64,000 nt of DNA, from NCBI RefSeq assembly GCF_009914755.1, contig NC_060928.1. One strand, written 5' to 3'. Position numbers and translations under genes: made by a program. Below the pieces are notes generated by a model that saw only the letters and a program-made list of their open reading frames with translations, was not told the origin of the DNA and made no database searches. Of the stretch, positions 45,542-62,747 are shown piece after piece; the stretch's first letter is position 1, and each line of letters begins with the position of its first letter. This DNA is from the human T2T-CHM13v2.0 reference genome, Homo sapiens.

Positions 45542-45750
45542 CAAGGTTTCTAACCTCAGCACTATTGACAGTTAGGGCTGGATACTTTATTGTTGGCGGC
45601 TGTTCTGTGCATTGTAAGGTGTTTAACAGCATCCTTGGTCTCTTCCCGCTAGATGCCAGTAGGCCCCATTCCATTTGTGACAACCAAAATGTCTCCAACC
45701 ATTGCCAAATAGACCCTTAGGAGGCAAAATGTCACCAGGTAAAAATCGTG
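45542..45750 (+). mobile_element. MER20
   Basis: 'tctaacctcagcactattgaca...ctagatgccagtag...tgtgacaaccaaaatgtctcc'. Confidence 0.9.
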
Positions 45751-45751
45751 A

Positions 45752-46165
<414 letters not shown>

Positions 46166-46339
46166 CATATTTTCCTATTTTAGATTCACAGGGTACAAGC
46201 CTGGGTATGTTACATGGATATGTTGTGTAATGCTAGGGTTTAAGCTTCTGTTTAACCCATCAATCAAACAGTGAATGTATTCCCCAATAGACAGTTTTCA
46301 GTCTCCAAACTACTTTCCGTAGTGGGAGAACCCATTCAT

Positions 46340-46742
46340 TGTGGAGGCAAACGTAACTCCGTCTAATCTGCCATGTTGGCTTCTGATTAATGCCTAATCC
46401 AGGAAGGCCTGTAAGATTTCAGCTTATCTTTTGTTCCTTGTGTTAGAGCAGGTACTAACTGTAAGCCCCTAGGTAAAATGACCTTGACGTTATTGCACTT
46501 CAATTGTCTTACATATCTCTTCTGAACTACTCCTTCCCTATGGTATAAGAGCACTGGGTCTGGGAGATAATGGCCTGGGGATCCACCATCTTGTCTCCCT
46601 GTGACACAACACACAAACATGGCTTCTGTTCACAAGTCCCTATTTAATGTTTCTTTTGGTGAAACTGGATTTATCAGCCTCTTTTTTTGGCCTCTCCTCA
46701 GATTTTGGGGTAGGTGGGCATAGACCCGCCCACTGTGGAACA
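46340..46742 (+). mobile_element. LTR47-like solo LTR
   Basis: tgtggaggcaaacgtaactcc...ctaatctgccatgttggcttctgattaa; ends ...cactgtggaaca. Confidence 0.8.
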
Positions 46743-46905
46743 TTTACGTTCCCACCAGCAGTTTAAAAGCACTCTCTTTTCACTGTAGGCTCACTAGCAT
46801 ATTTTTTTTAATGTTTTAATAATAGCCATTCTAGCTTTTGTGAGATGGTATCTCGTTGTGGTTTTAATTTGCATTTCTGTCATAGTGAGGTTGAGCATTT
46901 TTTCA

Positions 46906-47306
<401 letters not shown>

Positions 47307-50300
47307 TTAGCTTCCTTATAGATTCCGGATATTAGTCCTTTGTCAGATGCATAATGTGCAAATATTTTCTCCCATTCTGTAGGTTGCCTGTTTACACTGT
47401 TGATAGTTTCTTTTGCTGTGCAGAAGTCTTCAGTTTAAGTCCCATTCGTCAATTTTTATTTTTGTTACATTTGCCTTTGAGGCTTTAGTCATAAATTCTT
47501 TGCCTAGGCCAATGTCCAGAAGAGTATTTCCTAGATTTTCTTCTAGGGTGTTTATAGTTTGGGGTCTTACAGGTAAGTCTTAATCCATATTGAGTTAATT
47601 TTTGTATATGGTGAGAGATAGGGGTCCAGTTTCATTCTTCTGCATATGGATAGCCAGTTTTCCTGGCCTTATTTATTAAATAGGGTGTCCTTTCGTCATT
47701 GTTTATTTTTATCAGTTTTGTGAAAGATCATTTTGTTGTAGAAGTGTGGCTTTGTTTCTGGGCTCTCTATTCTGTTACATTGTTTTGTACCTATACCATG
47801 CTGTTTTAGTTACTATACCCTTTTAGTATAGTTTGAAATTAGGTAATGTGATGGCTCCAGCTTTGTTCTTTTTGCTTAGGATTGCTTTAGCTATTTTGGC
47901 TCTTTTTTGGCTCCATATGAATTTTAGAATTGTTTTTCCTAATTCTGTGAAAAATTACGTTAGTAATTTGATAAGGATTTTATTGCATCTCTGATTGCTT
48001 TGGGCATTATAGACATTTTAATAATACTGATTGTTCCAGTCTGTGAGCATGGGGTGTTTTTTTCATTTGTTTGTGTCTTCTATGATTTCTCTCAACCGTG
48101 TTTTATAATTCTCCTTGTAGAGATCTTTGACCTCCCTAGTTAGATGTATTCCTTGATATTTTATATATTTTGGCTATTCTAAGTGAAATTGTTTTCTTGA
48201 TTTAAGTATCAGCTTGAATTTTACTGGTGTGTAGACATGCTACGGATTTTTGCATGCTGACTTTGTATCCTAATATTTTACTCAAGTTGCTTATCAGGTC
48301 TAAGAGTCTTTTCACAGAATCTTTATGATTGTCTAGGTATAGAGTCATATTGTTTGTAATCAGAGATCAGATCACTGGACAGCCTCTTTTCCTATTTGAG
48401 TGCCTTTTACTTCATTCTTTTGCCTGATTTCTCTGATTAGGATGCTCAGTACTATAAATATATGAAAGCTCAACAACTAAGTTGCTCCTGAATGAGTTTT
48501 GGGTAAGCAAAAAGAAATTAAGGGAGACATCAAAATAATATTTGAAACAAAAGAAAATAGAGACATGACATACCAGATCTTCTGGGATGCAGCAAAAGCT
48601 GTTAGGAGGAAAGTTTAAAGCACTATATTCCTACATCATGAAGATAGAAAGCTATCAAATTAACAGCTTAACATCACACACAACTATAAAAACAAGAACA
48701 GACCAAATCCAGAGCTAGCAGAAGAAAGAAATAACTAAGTTCAGAGTAGAACTAAATGAAATTGGTATCAAAAATAAATACAAAGGATCAAAAAAATGAA
48801 AAGTTGGTTTTTTGAAAGGATGAACAGGATTGATAGACAGCTAGCTTGATTGACAAAGGAAAAATAGAGTATCCAAACAAGCACAATGAGAAATGAAAAA
48901 GGTGACATTACAAATGTACCACAGATATATACAAAAGACCCTTAGAGACCACTGCTAGCATCTCTACATGCACAAACTAGAAAACCTAGAGGAAGTGGAT
49001 AAATTCCTGGAAACAGCCTCCCAAAACTGAATCAGGAAGAAACTGAAATCCTGAATGAGTTACAAATTTGAGTCAGTAATAAAAAACCTACCAATGAAAA
49101 AGCCCTAGATCAAATGGATCCACAGCCCAATTCTACCAGACATACAAAGAAGAACTGGTATGGATCTTTCTGAAACTATTCCAAGAAAGTAACTCATTCT
49201 ACAAACCAGTATCATCCTGATACCAAAGTCTGGCAAGGATACAGCAACAGCAAAAAGAAAACTACAGGCAATATCCGTGATGAACACAGATACGAAAATC
49301 CTCAACAAAATACTAGCAAACTGAATCCAGCAGCACATCAAAAAGATAATTCATCATAACCAAGTGGACTTCATTCCTGGGATACAAAGATGTTTCAACA
49401 TATGCAGATCAATAAATGTGATTCATCATATAAACAGTATTTAAAAAGTATGATAATCTTAATAGATGCAGAAAAAGTATTTGAAAAAAATCCAACATCC
49501 TTTCATTATAAAAATCCTCAACAAACTTGGCATCGAGGACCATATCTTAAAATAACATCACACTGAATGCCCAAAAGTTGCAAAAGAATTCTCCCTAAGT
49601 ATTGGAATAAGACAAGAATGTCTACACTTAACCACTCCCATTCAACACAGTATTGTAAGTCTCATCAAAGTTCAAGTGACTTGACTTTTTTTGTGGTTTG
49701 TTTTACTTTGTTTTAATCTACATATAATTGGCTTATTGAAGAATCTCAGTTTTGACTACAAGCAAAATGTTTATTTTGTCTAATTATTGTGGTGTTATGT
49801 TGATCACTCCTTTCCTGCAGAAGAATAAACCATTTAATGGAAGTTTAAGCATATTCCATGGGCTTTTGTTCAACTTTCATTTTAATGGTGGTTAATATTC
49901 ATCTAGTTTTGTCCTCATATCAGATCCTAAGCTCATCTCCAGTATTCCCAATTCAGATCATCTATGGTTCTAGTTGCATGGAGGTGCAAGGTTTGGAAGC
50001 TTCATCTTGTCTCAGACACATGCTCCAGAGAGAGGAAAACATAGTTCCTTATTTGGCTGACAAAAGAGATATTCACTCCTCCTTGATTGCCATCATGTGT
50101 TTTAAAGATAATTTAACCCCTTGTGAGTGTTTTAATTTCAATGCATGGTCGCCATCTAATTCGCCTAGTTTTTGTAGGTTCCTTGAATCCTTTGGATGAT
50201 TAAGCCTCATTTGTTTCTGAGCTCCAGCTCACAGTCTTGATCAACAGTGCTCTCATTTGTGTATTCTTAATCTATGGTGCCTTCTAGCAAGTCCATGGTT

Positions 50301-50852
50301 CACATTTTCCTCCGTGGTCTTCAATTTCAGGGCTTGAGGACATATTATTGATTCCTTGTCTCAGAACCCAGAAATTAGAAAAATGGCCCTACCCTCTCTG
50401 TTAGCCTGTCTTACATCTTACCAGGGACCTTTCTCTTGCTTATTTCTCCAATCCTCAGAAGCAGTAGGCAATCTTCCAGGACAATGACTTGGCAAATTTT
50501 AGATAGGAGATAATTACAGTCTTAACATTTGGCAACAAAGAGACACTTTGTGTACCCCTAACATAAAAAGTGAGTCTCTCCCCATTTTCTCTCTCCTCAT
50601 TGTTTTGGTAGGGAATTTGGATGCCTTGCATTAGAATTCTGTTTTAAAGATCTTTAAAAGTTATGAAATTCCTGCCATTATCACTATGATTGCCATACCT
50701 CAAATGGTATTACAACTGATTATTTTTCTAATCTGTCATTCTCAGTATTTTGTAAATTTCATTGCAGTAATTGAACCTTCAGCACCAAACACAATTTCTG
50801 GAACATAGTATGTCAACAATTATTGAACAAGTGAATACCTGAATAATGTATT

Positions 50853-50855
<3 letters not shown>

Positions 50856-50892
<37 letters not shown>
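50856..50892. repeat. (TG)n microsatellite
   Basis: Direct read. Confidence 0.97.
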
Positions 50893-50894
<2 letters not shown>

Positions 50895-51139
50895 TTGTAT
50901 GTTTCTTATGTATATCTTGGGTTTTATTTATATTTCCAATTCTCGTATCAGTATCGCTGTGATTTTATTAATTTAGTTTTATAATAATTTAAATGGCTTA
51001 TTCCCTTTTGAGGGTCTTTATTTTAATAACAATGGCATCTTAATTTTTCTTGCTGTTTAAGTTTCCAAGAGATACATAGATTTCTTTTTATCAAGTTACA
51101 AAAATAAACAAAAATAACAAAAAGCAGATGAGATTTTGA

Positions 51140-51340
51140 AAACTGAGTGCCTACTTTGGCCCACATATTGTGCTAAACACTGTGCATTCATTACCTTATT
51201 TAATTTTCACATGAATTTGGGGTAAATGCTATTATATTCCCATTCTACTCATGCCCACAGCTACAAAACTCATACATGACAGAGACAGAATTTGAGCCCA
51301 TGCTCTTAAATAGTAAAATGTATAGTTTTAACCACTATAC
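51140..51340 (-). mobile_element. MIR
   Basis: 'actgagtgcctact...tgtgctaaacactgtgcattcattaccttatttaattttcaca...attcccatt'. Confidence 0.75.
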
Positions 51341-52129
51341 TGTGAATGTATTATTTATAAAATAGTCTAAGAATAAATGACCTGTTTGTAAAGTAAGTCC
51401 TTTCATCAGGTGCATTGGATTAATCTGTATTTCTTCAATTTTCATTTTTATGTTTTTATAGAATGCTATTCCTTCATATAAATGCTAGTCAATGTTAAAT
51501 TTACTTCCTTTTGTTTTTGATTGCCATTGTGTATGGGATCTGTTTACTGCTATGTTTTTTTATTTTGTAATTTAGTGCTATATAGAAAAGATATTTATTT
51601 TGACATTTACATTTTGCATCATACTGTCTTAATAAACAGCACCAATTTAAAAAATACTCAAGCTGAATAGGTATTCAAGCATACTTTCTGAAAATAATAG
51701 TAATGTTAACCAATCAGTATTATTTATCCGTAATAATTTTACAGTATCAAATATATTTTTATTCTCAAACTTCTATAAAGCATAAAATAAGGAATGGTTT
51801 TACATTTCATCAAAATTTTTTGTATCTTTCTTTACCTAGAATTCATGGAAGGCATTGTTTAGATATTTTTGTATAATTGCCAAGCTTAAAATTAAACTAA
51901 TATTTTTAAAGCTATTAGTCTCATATTTTCATTTTATTAAATGTTGAAAATGAATAAAAATATATATGATATAAACAAAATGAATGAACTACAATAAATA
52001 CTAATGAGTCCCAACCCTTTTGCAATCACTGTTAATATTTCTGTGCATTTCCTATGCTTTAGGCACATTACTCTCCTTTTAATTATTATTTCGTATACTT
52101 ATCATTGTCCCATGTAAAATGTGGCATAT

Positions 52130-52770
52130 AGTATTAATAACCATACATTTCTAATTTTACTTAACTATTTCTCTTATGGGGATATATTCTTGGTGGTGGG
52201 GAACGAAGAGAGCATTCAGAGATTAAATAAGGAATAAATATAATAATAATTAAATTGTATAGTATGTTAAAATGGGATAAATTTTATTTAATTTTATTTT
52301 TTCCCACCCCTTCAGGAGGTGATAAATTTTACAGAACAAAACTAAAGCAGGAAGAAGGGGCTAAGTAGTGCTGAAACTAGTATTGCAATTTTTAATAGGT
52401 GGCTATATTTAATAGGTGCAATTTTTAATAGGTATTGTAATTTTTAATTTGAGCACTGACTTGGAGAAAAGAAGTAAGCCCCACCCACAGGCAGAGAACT
52501 CTGAAAGCAGAGAACTCTCCTGGGAAAATATCCTATGGAAATGTACCTGGTGTGTTTGAAAAACAGCAAGGAGGACGGTGTGATTGAAACTGAGAGGGTG
52601 AGAGGAATATGCAAGGTCAGAAAGCAACGGGTCACCCAAATTACATGTGCCTTCTTGGCTATTGCAAGGCCTCTGAGGACAATCTTTTATTCATAGAGAA
52701 ATGGAGAAAAACTGGAGAATTTTGAGTAAAGGTGGCAGAGAAACTCTTCTATACAAATCTTTGGCCACAT
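52130..52770 (-). mobile_element. L2 fragment
   Basis: 'tggtgtgtttgaaaaacagcaaggaggacggtgtgattgaa'. Confidence 0.7.
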
Positions 52771-52778
52771 ATTTAATG

Positions 52779-53068
<290 letters not shown>

Positions 53069-53290
53069 TGAATTTTTATGGAAAGGGGCTCTTGCATAAT
53101 TTTAAACTAATTTTTCAGATAGATCATATAATAATGAATACCCCCAAAACAGGACAAGAAAATGCTGCGTTTTACCACACCCTCATCATTATAGTGCAGT
53201 ATTTTTCAGGCTCCTGTGTCTCCTGTCTACTGAAGAAATAAACTGTACATCATAATCTAGTGCATAAATACATATGTGGATGCTCTATAG

Positions 53291-53775
53291 TAGGGATCTC
53301 CAAGCCCCAGGTCACTTATCGCTACCTGTCTGTGCCCTGTTAGGAAACTGGCTGCACAGGAGATGAGCAGTTAGCATTACCACCTGTACCACCTGACCTC
53401 TGCCTCCTGTCAGATTAGCAGTGGCATTAGATTCTCATACGCATGTGAACCCTGTTGTGAACTGTGCATGTGAGTGATCTAGGTTGTGGGCTGCTGATGA
53501 GAATCTAACAACTGATGATCTGTCACTGTCTCCCATCACCCCCAGATGGAACTGTCTAGTCACAGGAAAATAAATTCAGGGCTCCCACTGATTCTACCTA
53601 CAGTGAGTTGTATAATTATTTTATCATATATGACAATATAATAATAGAAATAAAGTGCACAATAAATATAATGCACTTAAATCATCCAGAAACCATCCCC
53701 CTTACCCCCCAGTCCATGGAAAAATTGTCTTCCATGAAACTGGTACCTGGTGCCAAAAAAGGTTGAGGACCACTG
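53291..53775 (+). mobile_element. MER1A (hAT-Charlie)
   Basis: 'cagtggcattagattctcata', 'tggtgccaaaaaaggttgaggaccactg'; perfect 8-bp TSD ctctatag. Confidence 0.93.
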
Positions 53776-54529
53776 CTCTATAGGTAACACAGATAGAGAC
53801 ATAGATGTAGATGTCATGAATAAGTTCTAGTTATTCTTTATGAGGAAGATGCTCTCTTATGTTTGCTATCCCATTGTTTTCTTTATCTGAAACAATCCTG
53901 TTCTTAAGCTATTGAATTAATTTCACAACACACTTTTCAGGTCACATTTGCTAGCCAATTATTTTGGATATTAGAGATTATCTTAATCCTTTGTGTAAAT
54001 TCTTTGTGTATTCATGACATTAACTTTATAATATTTGCCTGTTAATGTAGTTGATATTGACTTAGAACAGTCAGATATTTTATTTGCATGAAATAAAAAT
54101 TACCATTTTTTTCTGCAATACTGTTAATTATTAAAATTTTAGGGATTTAGAAGTCAGAAAAATATTCAACTTTTAAAATATCTTATGGAAGGACTATTTT
54201 ATATTTAATAATTTAATCCATAGGATTACGCTTTGCCGCATACTTTGAGGTGAGGCTTTAACTTGAATTTTACTCTAAAACAAAAGGCTTATTTGTGATG
54301 TCTCTTATTTTAGATCTATTTCAAAAGTCTTTGCAATTCATTTTTTTTCCCATGGCTGATCATCTATAACCGTCAAATTAGTTCAAGTATAATAACCTTA
54401 TAGAATTGTCTAATACTAATATTAATAAGCAGCTTTCTAGTGCTTCTTAATACAGTTATTTTAGAGTTTAATACATTTAAAAGTTATTAACATGGTGAAT
54501 GGGTATTTAATCACAATTTAAAAAATGGA

Positions 54530-54740
54530 AAAAAATAGACTTTGGAGTCAAGACAAAACTGAATTTGAATCCTGGCTATTGCAATTTCTAGCTGTGGAAC
54601 CCCAGGAAGGTTACTTAATGTCTGTGAGCTTTTCTTCCTTAGTCTAAAAACGAGAATGACAATTAAATTACATAATATATTCAAGATACTTAAGACAATG
54701 CATGATATAAAGGGAATGCTCAGTCAATTGCAATCATCAA
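54530..54740 (+). mobile_element. MIR
   Basis: 'gactttggagtcaagac...tttgaatcctggct...ggttacttaatgtctgtgagc'. Confidence 0.8.
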
Positions 54741-55318
54741 TTTACAATTTCGTTAAAGTTATTCTTAGATTATGTTTACATAATACATTTTTCTTACATG
54801 AAATAATTTTGCTAAGTAATCTTTTAATATTATCTACATATAAGCATGTTTACCAGCAAATGTTAAAAATGATTATTCCTTATCTGATATCTATTTACTA
54901 CCTTCTTGCATTCATAAAACTTTCCCCCTAAAATGAAAATTTATAATTTTGTTTCTCATTTTAATTAAGGCATCTGTTTTATTTAACCAGCAATTAAAAT
55001 TTTCACATTTGCTTTTTCATGTTAAAAAGATGGCTGTGTTTTGGTCAGTTTTTTAGGAGTTATCACTGAGGCAGGGCCTTACTTCTATGGAATTTCCATT
55101 GTGCTCTTTCTCATTAATCCTGTTGAAATCAACTTGATAATAGTTCATTTTTTTAAATTTATATCCATAAATGATATCATTTTATATTTTTCCTTTGATA
55201 GTTTCTTTGTCAGATGTAAATGAGCTTCATGAAATAAATTATGCAATATTCCATAATTCTGGAAAATAGTTTATGGAGCATCTCAATTAAACTTTTTAAA
55301 CAAAAATTTAAAGTAACA

Positions 55319-55697
<379 letters not shown>

Positions 55698-56609
55698 CTA
55701 TGGTCATTGACTCACTTAGGAATTTGAATCATTTTTTTGACTCAGTTTTAGTAAGTTATGTTTTATTCTGCATGAAAGGTATTCATTCTATAAACATTTT
55801 CTAAAAGCCTATAGTTGTACATAGTATTATCCCATACAAACTTAGTCCTTAGTATCCTATTCTATATTTGTATCTCCATAGTTATAGATTTCAGTATCAT
55901 TCCTTGATAATTCCCTGCCTTTTACATTTTATACAATTATTTACTTTCAAAGAACTAGGTATTTATTATTTTCCATTTCTACTCCATTTTAAAATTCTTA
56001 CATTTTGCTTTTATATCATAACTATATTTATATGTGCATTCTTGTGGTTCTGCTTATCACTTTTCTAAATCTATGAACTGAAATTATTTCACTTTACTTT
56101 CTGTTTAAATACTACAAATAAAATAGCCATAAATTCTGCTTAGACAATGACCAAAGCATTATTTTCTCAAGAGTGTCTGACTAAAATTCTTACTTCCCAT
56201 TTGGTTTCTGTTTTGGTAAAGAGGGTGTTGGGGTTGAATCTCCTAATGGTTAATTCTTCATACATTTCTTTTTCTTTCACTGAAAACACAAATATCTTTA
56301 TAGTCTATCTTGTCATGAACAGGTAGAAGACATTTCAAGTAGAGCCTGATCTATAGACTTTGGCATAATACTATTTCAGGAATATGAAATGACTAAATAC
56401 TTACTAAATTATCATTAAAATATATTAACATTACAGAAAAACAAGAGTTTGGATTAAAAATAAAGATATGATAAATACCTGTTTTAATATTAAATAGATA
56501 TATGTTTATACATATAAATACAAATACGAATATATACATACAAGTATGATCTTTCAACTGAGATAATATTTCACCACAAATTTGTTGATGTATGGTCTCT
56601 ATAATGAAA

Positions 56610-56820
56610 TCAATTGAGGGTTGAATTTGTATGCCTTGGCAGTAGTGGGTCCTTGAAAAAATTATTTAATTGATGTGAGTCACAGTTTGCTGATTTTCCT
56701 TCATCAAATGGTAAAAAAAAAAAAAAAAAAAAAAAAGCCTCACATGATTAGACGAGGGAACACTTCCAAGGCCCACCACAGTGCTGGTTTCATAGTTTTT
56801 GCTTAATAAATATTGTTAAA
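56610..56820 (+). mobile_element. MIR with an internal poly-A run (56713-56736)
   Basis: 'ttttccttcatcaaatggtaaaa...', 'cttaataaatattg'. Confidence 0.6.
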
Positions 56821-57093
56821 AAGTGTCCAACACAGCATCCATTTCCATTGGACCCCACCTTTATCCTCCACCAACATGCTGCCCACTACCCAAGCTTAGT
56901 GTTCTTTTATACCTGCAATCGTTCCTGAGTGAAATATGAGATAGCTGCATGCTAAATATTTTATACTCCAACTACCCAGTGGCCTCCCTCCTTCTGCCTA
57001 TTAACACCTTCCATCACAAGATTATATCCCAGGGCAGGTCTTGTATCAGATGAATCACTGCCTTCTGTAAAAGAAACCTGTTACCTTCCCTGA

Positions 57094-57452
<359 letters not shown>

Positions 57453-57644
57453 TAGACTGGAATTTAAATGTCAGCTTTGGCTTTGTGAACCTGGTCAAGT
57501 TATTTAATCTAATGTAAACTGTGTGTCCCTATTTTCGAAAGAAAGTAATCACAATCAATACCCAGTGGTGTTCTGTAAATTGGATGAGATAAAACAGGAA
57601 GAAGTTCCAGGTACAGGTCCTACCTTTGAAACACTGCCTTACCC

Positions 57645-57782
57645 ACCTTTCCTCCCTTCCTCCCTCCCTCCCTTACTCCCTCCTCCCTCTCTCCCTCTGT
57701 CCCTCCCTTTCCTTCCTTCCTTCCTTCCTACCTTCCTTCCTTCCTTCCTTCTCTTTCCCTTCCTCCCTTTCTTCTTTCCTTT
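57645..57782. repeat. CT-rich (CCTT/CCCT)n polypyrimidine repeat
   Basis: Direct read. Confidence 0.92.
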
Positions 57783-57827
57783 ATGCCTGTCATATCCACT
57801 TTAATGTACAAAATCAGCTTTGAAAAT

Positions 57828-58115
57828 ATTTTTTTTTCTTTTTTTTAAATTATACTTTAAATTCTGCGATACATATGCAGAACATGCAGGTTTGTTGCAT
57901 AGGTATACACGTGTCATGGTAGTTTGCCACACCCATTAACCCTTCATCTACATTAGGTGTTTCTCCTAATGCTATACCTGCCCTAGGCCCCCACCTCCCA
58001 ACAGGCCCCGGTGTGTGATGTTCCCCTCTGTGTCCATGTGTTCTCATTGTTCAACTCCCACTTATGAGTAAGAACATGTGGTGTTTGGTTTTCTGTTCTT
58101 GTGTTAGTTTGCTGA
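57828..58115 (-). mobile_element. 5'-truncated L1PA (PA5-7-like) 3' end
   Basis: 'ttatactttaaattct...caggtttgtt...tgttcaactcccacttatgag'; TSD approx tgaaaatatt/tgaaatctt. Confidence 0.92.
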
Positions 58116-59904
58116 AATCTTTAATATAAAAAAACGAGTAACTCTTCTGCAGACAAATGTCAAACATGGAGTTCAAATTCACAAAAATAGGAGGATGCAA
58201 TTTCTTGAGTAGTTCTGTATTCCTTAGATTTTAATCTTAGAATATCACAAAACAATTATCTATTACTTTTAACTGCTAATTACTACAGTGAATACAATTA
58301 TGTTTCCAAGAAGTTGTGTATTTTTTATTTAGCGTTAACCCAGTGCTTAATTATCATATAATGATGTAATATACAAATTGCTTAATTTTAATTGTTGAAA
58401 TAAGGTTTGGCAAATGAGAAAATATTTTTAAATTGTTAATGTTGAGATAATTTCTATATAAATGATTTAAACTAGAAACGAGATTTGGGTTTTTTCAACT
58501 TATTTCTTAAAGAAAATAAAACTTAAATTTCCACTTTTTGTATGGTGAACATTTCCATTTTTGAATATTTGAATAATTTTAATTAGCCTAGGCAACACAG
58601 AACTTTTAAAACATGTATTCTGTTATTGCTAGGTATGTTTTTCAAAAACAAATATGTCTAGTCAATTTCTATCACTTACCTCTATGCAAATAAGAGATAG
58701 TTAGAAACAGAGATAGAGAGATACATAGTCAGAGACAGAATGCCAGAGCCAGAGAAATGAATGAGATGAGGGATACTAAGAGAGCTGAAAGACACACAAG
58801 ACAGAGAACGAACAATTTACACTGTAAGGAGAGTTTGCCCACATAAAGAGTGAAACTTGGGAGTGACCATGACATGCAATGTGGGATTTGCCATTCTTTC
58901 ATTCGTTCTCAGGTCCATTGTGCTTCTGATTTTATCATCATCTGAGCATATTGAATTTGTTTTTTTATGGAACCATGCTGCATATACACATTTCTGGAAC
59001 CAGAAATGTTTAAAAAGAAAAGTGAGGTACTCTAGGCAATGCTTAGAAACATATAAAGCTGCATTGTGGAGCATCCAAGGTATTCAAATGAGTATTGTAT
59101 AACATAAATAAACTATCTCTATTCAGGATAACCTAGACTATCCCAGTCAACCCAGGGAGCTGTCAGAATTATTACTGCATTTATTTTAAACACTGACTCT
59201 GTTCCTCAATATCTGGCATATCTTACATCACACTGTCTATAGTTGGTGATTTCTTATGTACAGTCTTTTTTTTTCTTTCTTCAAAGTTTTCTGCTAGTAT
59301 TAATCACCACAAAGCTTCAATTTGGTTTCATAAACTATTTTATCTCTCATCTGCATTTCTATTCCCTTTCTTTCCAGGATACCACTGAAATCTTATGATA
59401 GTTCAGGCATTTTGCACTTCCTGAAACATTTAAACTCTATTTACTATTGATACTATTTTAATATATATAAAATAGATATTAAAGTGAGTATCTGCTCAAA
59501 AGATTTTACAATACTTTGATAAAGAAAGTACATAAACATTTAGGAACACATGCAGCTCCTATAAACACTTTATGCCTGGTATTAAGTTTAAAATTGCTGA
59601 CACATTTAATGTCACATTTGAAAAAATTCAAAGTGTCTTGTAGAAAATATTAAGCAAATAAATGTCAGAAACACACTTTTTTTTTTGATGGAGCACTATC
59701 TGTCACCTGATAGTAACAGCATTTATAAATTATTGGATATAGTTTGCATAGTACATAATTATCCATCGATTGACCATTATTTGGAAAATGTTGATAATAT
59801 TCCTCACTAACTCATCATAAAAAATTAGCAAACTGGAAATAAAAAGAAATGTCTTTACCTGAGCCGTCAAAAATAGCATGCTGAAGTATATTTTAAAAAG
59901 AGTG

Positions 59905-60271
<367 letters not shown>

Positions 60272-60433
60272 CTAAACAATAAAAAATTTTGTGTGACAAT
60301 TGAAAAAGAAGAGATAAAAATAATCGATTATTTTCAGGAAATAGGTTTCAATTTATATAAAATGTATATAAAAGCCAAGAATGTGTATAAATTATTAAAA
60401 GTAATAAGACGATTTAATAAGAATGCTGGTGCA

Positions 60434-60785
<352 letters not shown>

Positions 60786-60923
60786 TTAGACACCATTAAT
60801 CGCCAATGAATATAGGAATAAATTATAACACATAATAGAAGAACAATCTGATGGTATGTAGTAAATTTTGTTTAAATAAAGTACTGGAATTTTACATGTA
60901 GATTTAAAATCTTTCTTCACCTA

Positions 60924-61331
<408 letters not shown>

Positions 61332-62310
61332 CTACAAGTAAATTGTGAAGACAATGTAATTTAAATTTAAATTCCCCCAGGGTTTGTTGTGGATCTTGGC
61401 AAGTTGATCCTAAAATTCCTATTGAAGGGTTAAAGGGCTAAGAATAAGAAGAACAAAGTTGGGCAATTGATCATCTCATATGTCAAAAGTCTTTTAGAAG
61501 TATATTAATTAAGACCACATGATATAGGGAGAGTATTAGACAAATGGGTCATTGGAATAGGAAAGAAAACCCAGAAATAGAGCCTTAAAATATTATTTAT
61601 AGGTAAGAGGTCATGTTACAATCAAATGCGGAGAAAATACATTGCTCACTAAATGATGAAAGAAACATTGAATTTTTTTATGAGAACATAGTTCTCTACA
61701 TTATATTATGGACCAAAGTAAATTTCACGTATATTAAAAGTATAAATATTAAAATCAAATTATCAGACTTTCAGAATAACATGTAGGACGATAGATTTTT
61801 GTTAGTAGCAGAATGAATTATTTCACAGAAACTGAGAACAAGTCATAAAAATTAGACTCTGGTAAATAAAATAAATAACTCCTACCAAAATGAATACACA
61901 AATTCAAAATATGAATCATAGGCTCAGAGAAGATATTTGCAATGTATATTAGACAAAGATTTAGTGGCCACAAAACATTACACCATTCTGCATGTTGTTT
62001 TTGGAAACAAACATCCCTTCTCTCACACACAAACACAAAATGGTTGAAGCATTTATTAGATACTTCACATAATAATAGAATTAAGTGAATAAAAATTATG
62101 AAAAAGTATACAAATTTACTAATAATCACGGAAAGGTGAATACAGACAATAAAATACTTATATCTACAAAATTTAAACAATGATGATAACAAGGTAGGCT
62201 ATTGTGTGGAGAAAGTCTTATAAGTTAATAATTTGTGGAGGCACATGCCCTATAAGCCAGCTGTTCCACTTTTTGATTTAATCACTAAGAGAATGTACCA
62301 CGTATCTACA

Positions 62311-62747
62311 TGTATTAACTTCTGAAGGTTGCCGTAATAAATTAAAACAAACTGGGTGGATTAAAGCAGTAGAAATGTATTCTTTCAAAATTCTGAAGGC
62401 CAAAAATCTGAAATTAAGGATAGTTCTTTGTGGAACTCTGAGGGTAAGTCTGTTTCATGACTCCCTTCTACCTCTGGTGGATGTGAACAATTGGTGGCGT
62501 TCCTTGATTTGCAGACACATCACTCCAGTCTGGCTTTGTCTTCACGTGGTGTCCTCCTCTGTGTGTGCTCTTTGTCTAATTTCCCTCTCTTCTTACAAGG
62601 ACACAGTTATTAGATTAGGGTCCACCCTAATCCATTAGGCCCTTGTCTTAACTTGGTACATCTGCAGCACCCTTATTTCCAAACAAAGTCATGTCCTAAC
62701 ATTCTGTGTGAAAATGAATTTGGGGGGACACTATTCAATCCAGTACA
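62311..62747 (-). mobile_element. MLT1C-like LTR
   Basis: tgtattaac...cacccttatttccaaacaaagtca...ggggacactattcaatccagtaca; TSD ctaca/ccaca. Confidence 0.88.

Noticed and set aside
56713-56736. Isolated poly-A run as a processed-pseudogene tail
   Set aside because: Lies within a MIR at an A-rich position; no TSD or upstream mRNA-like sequence
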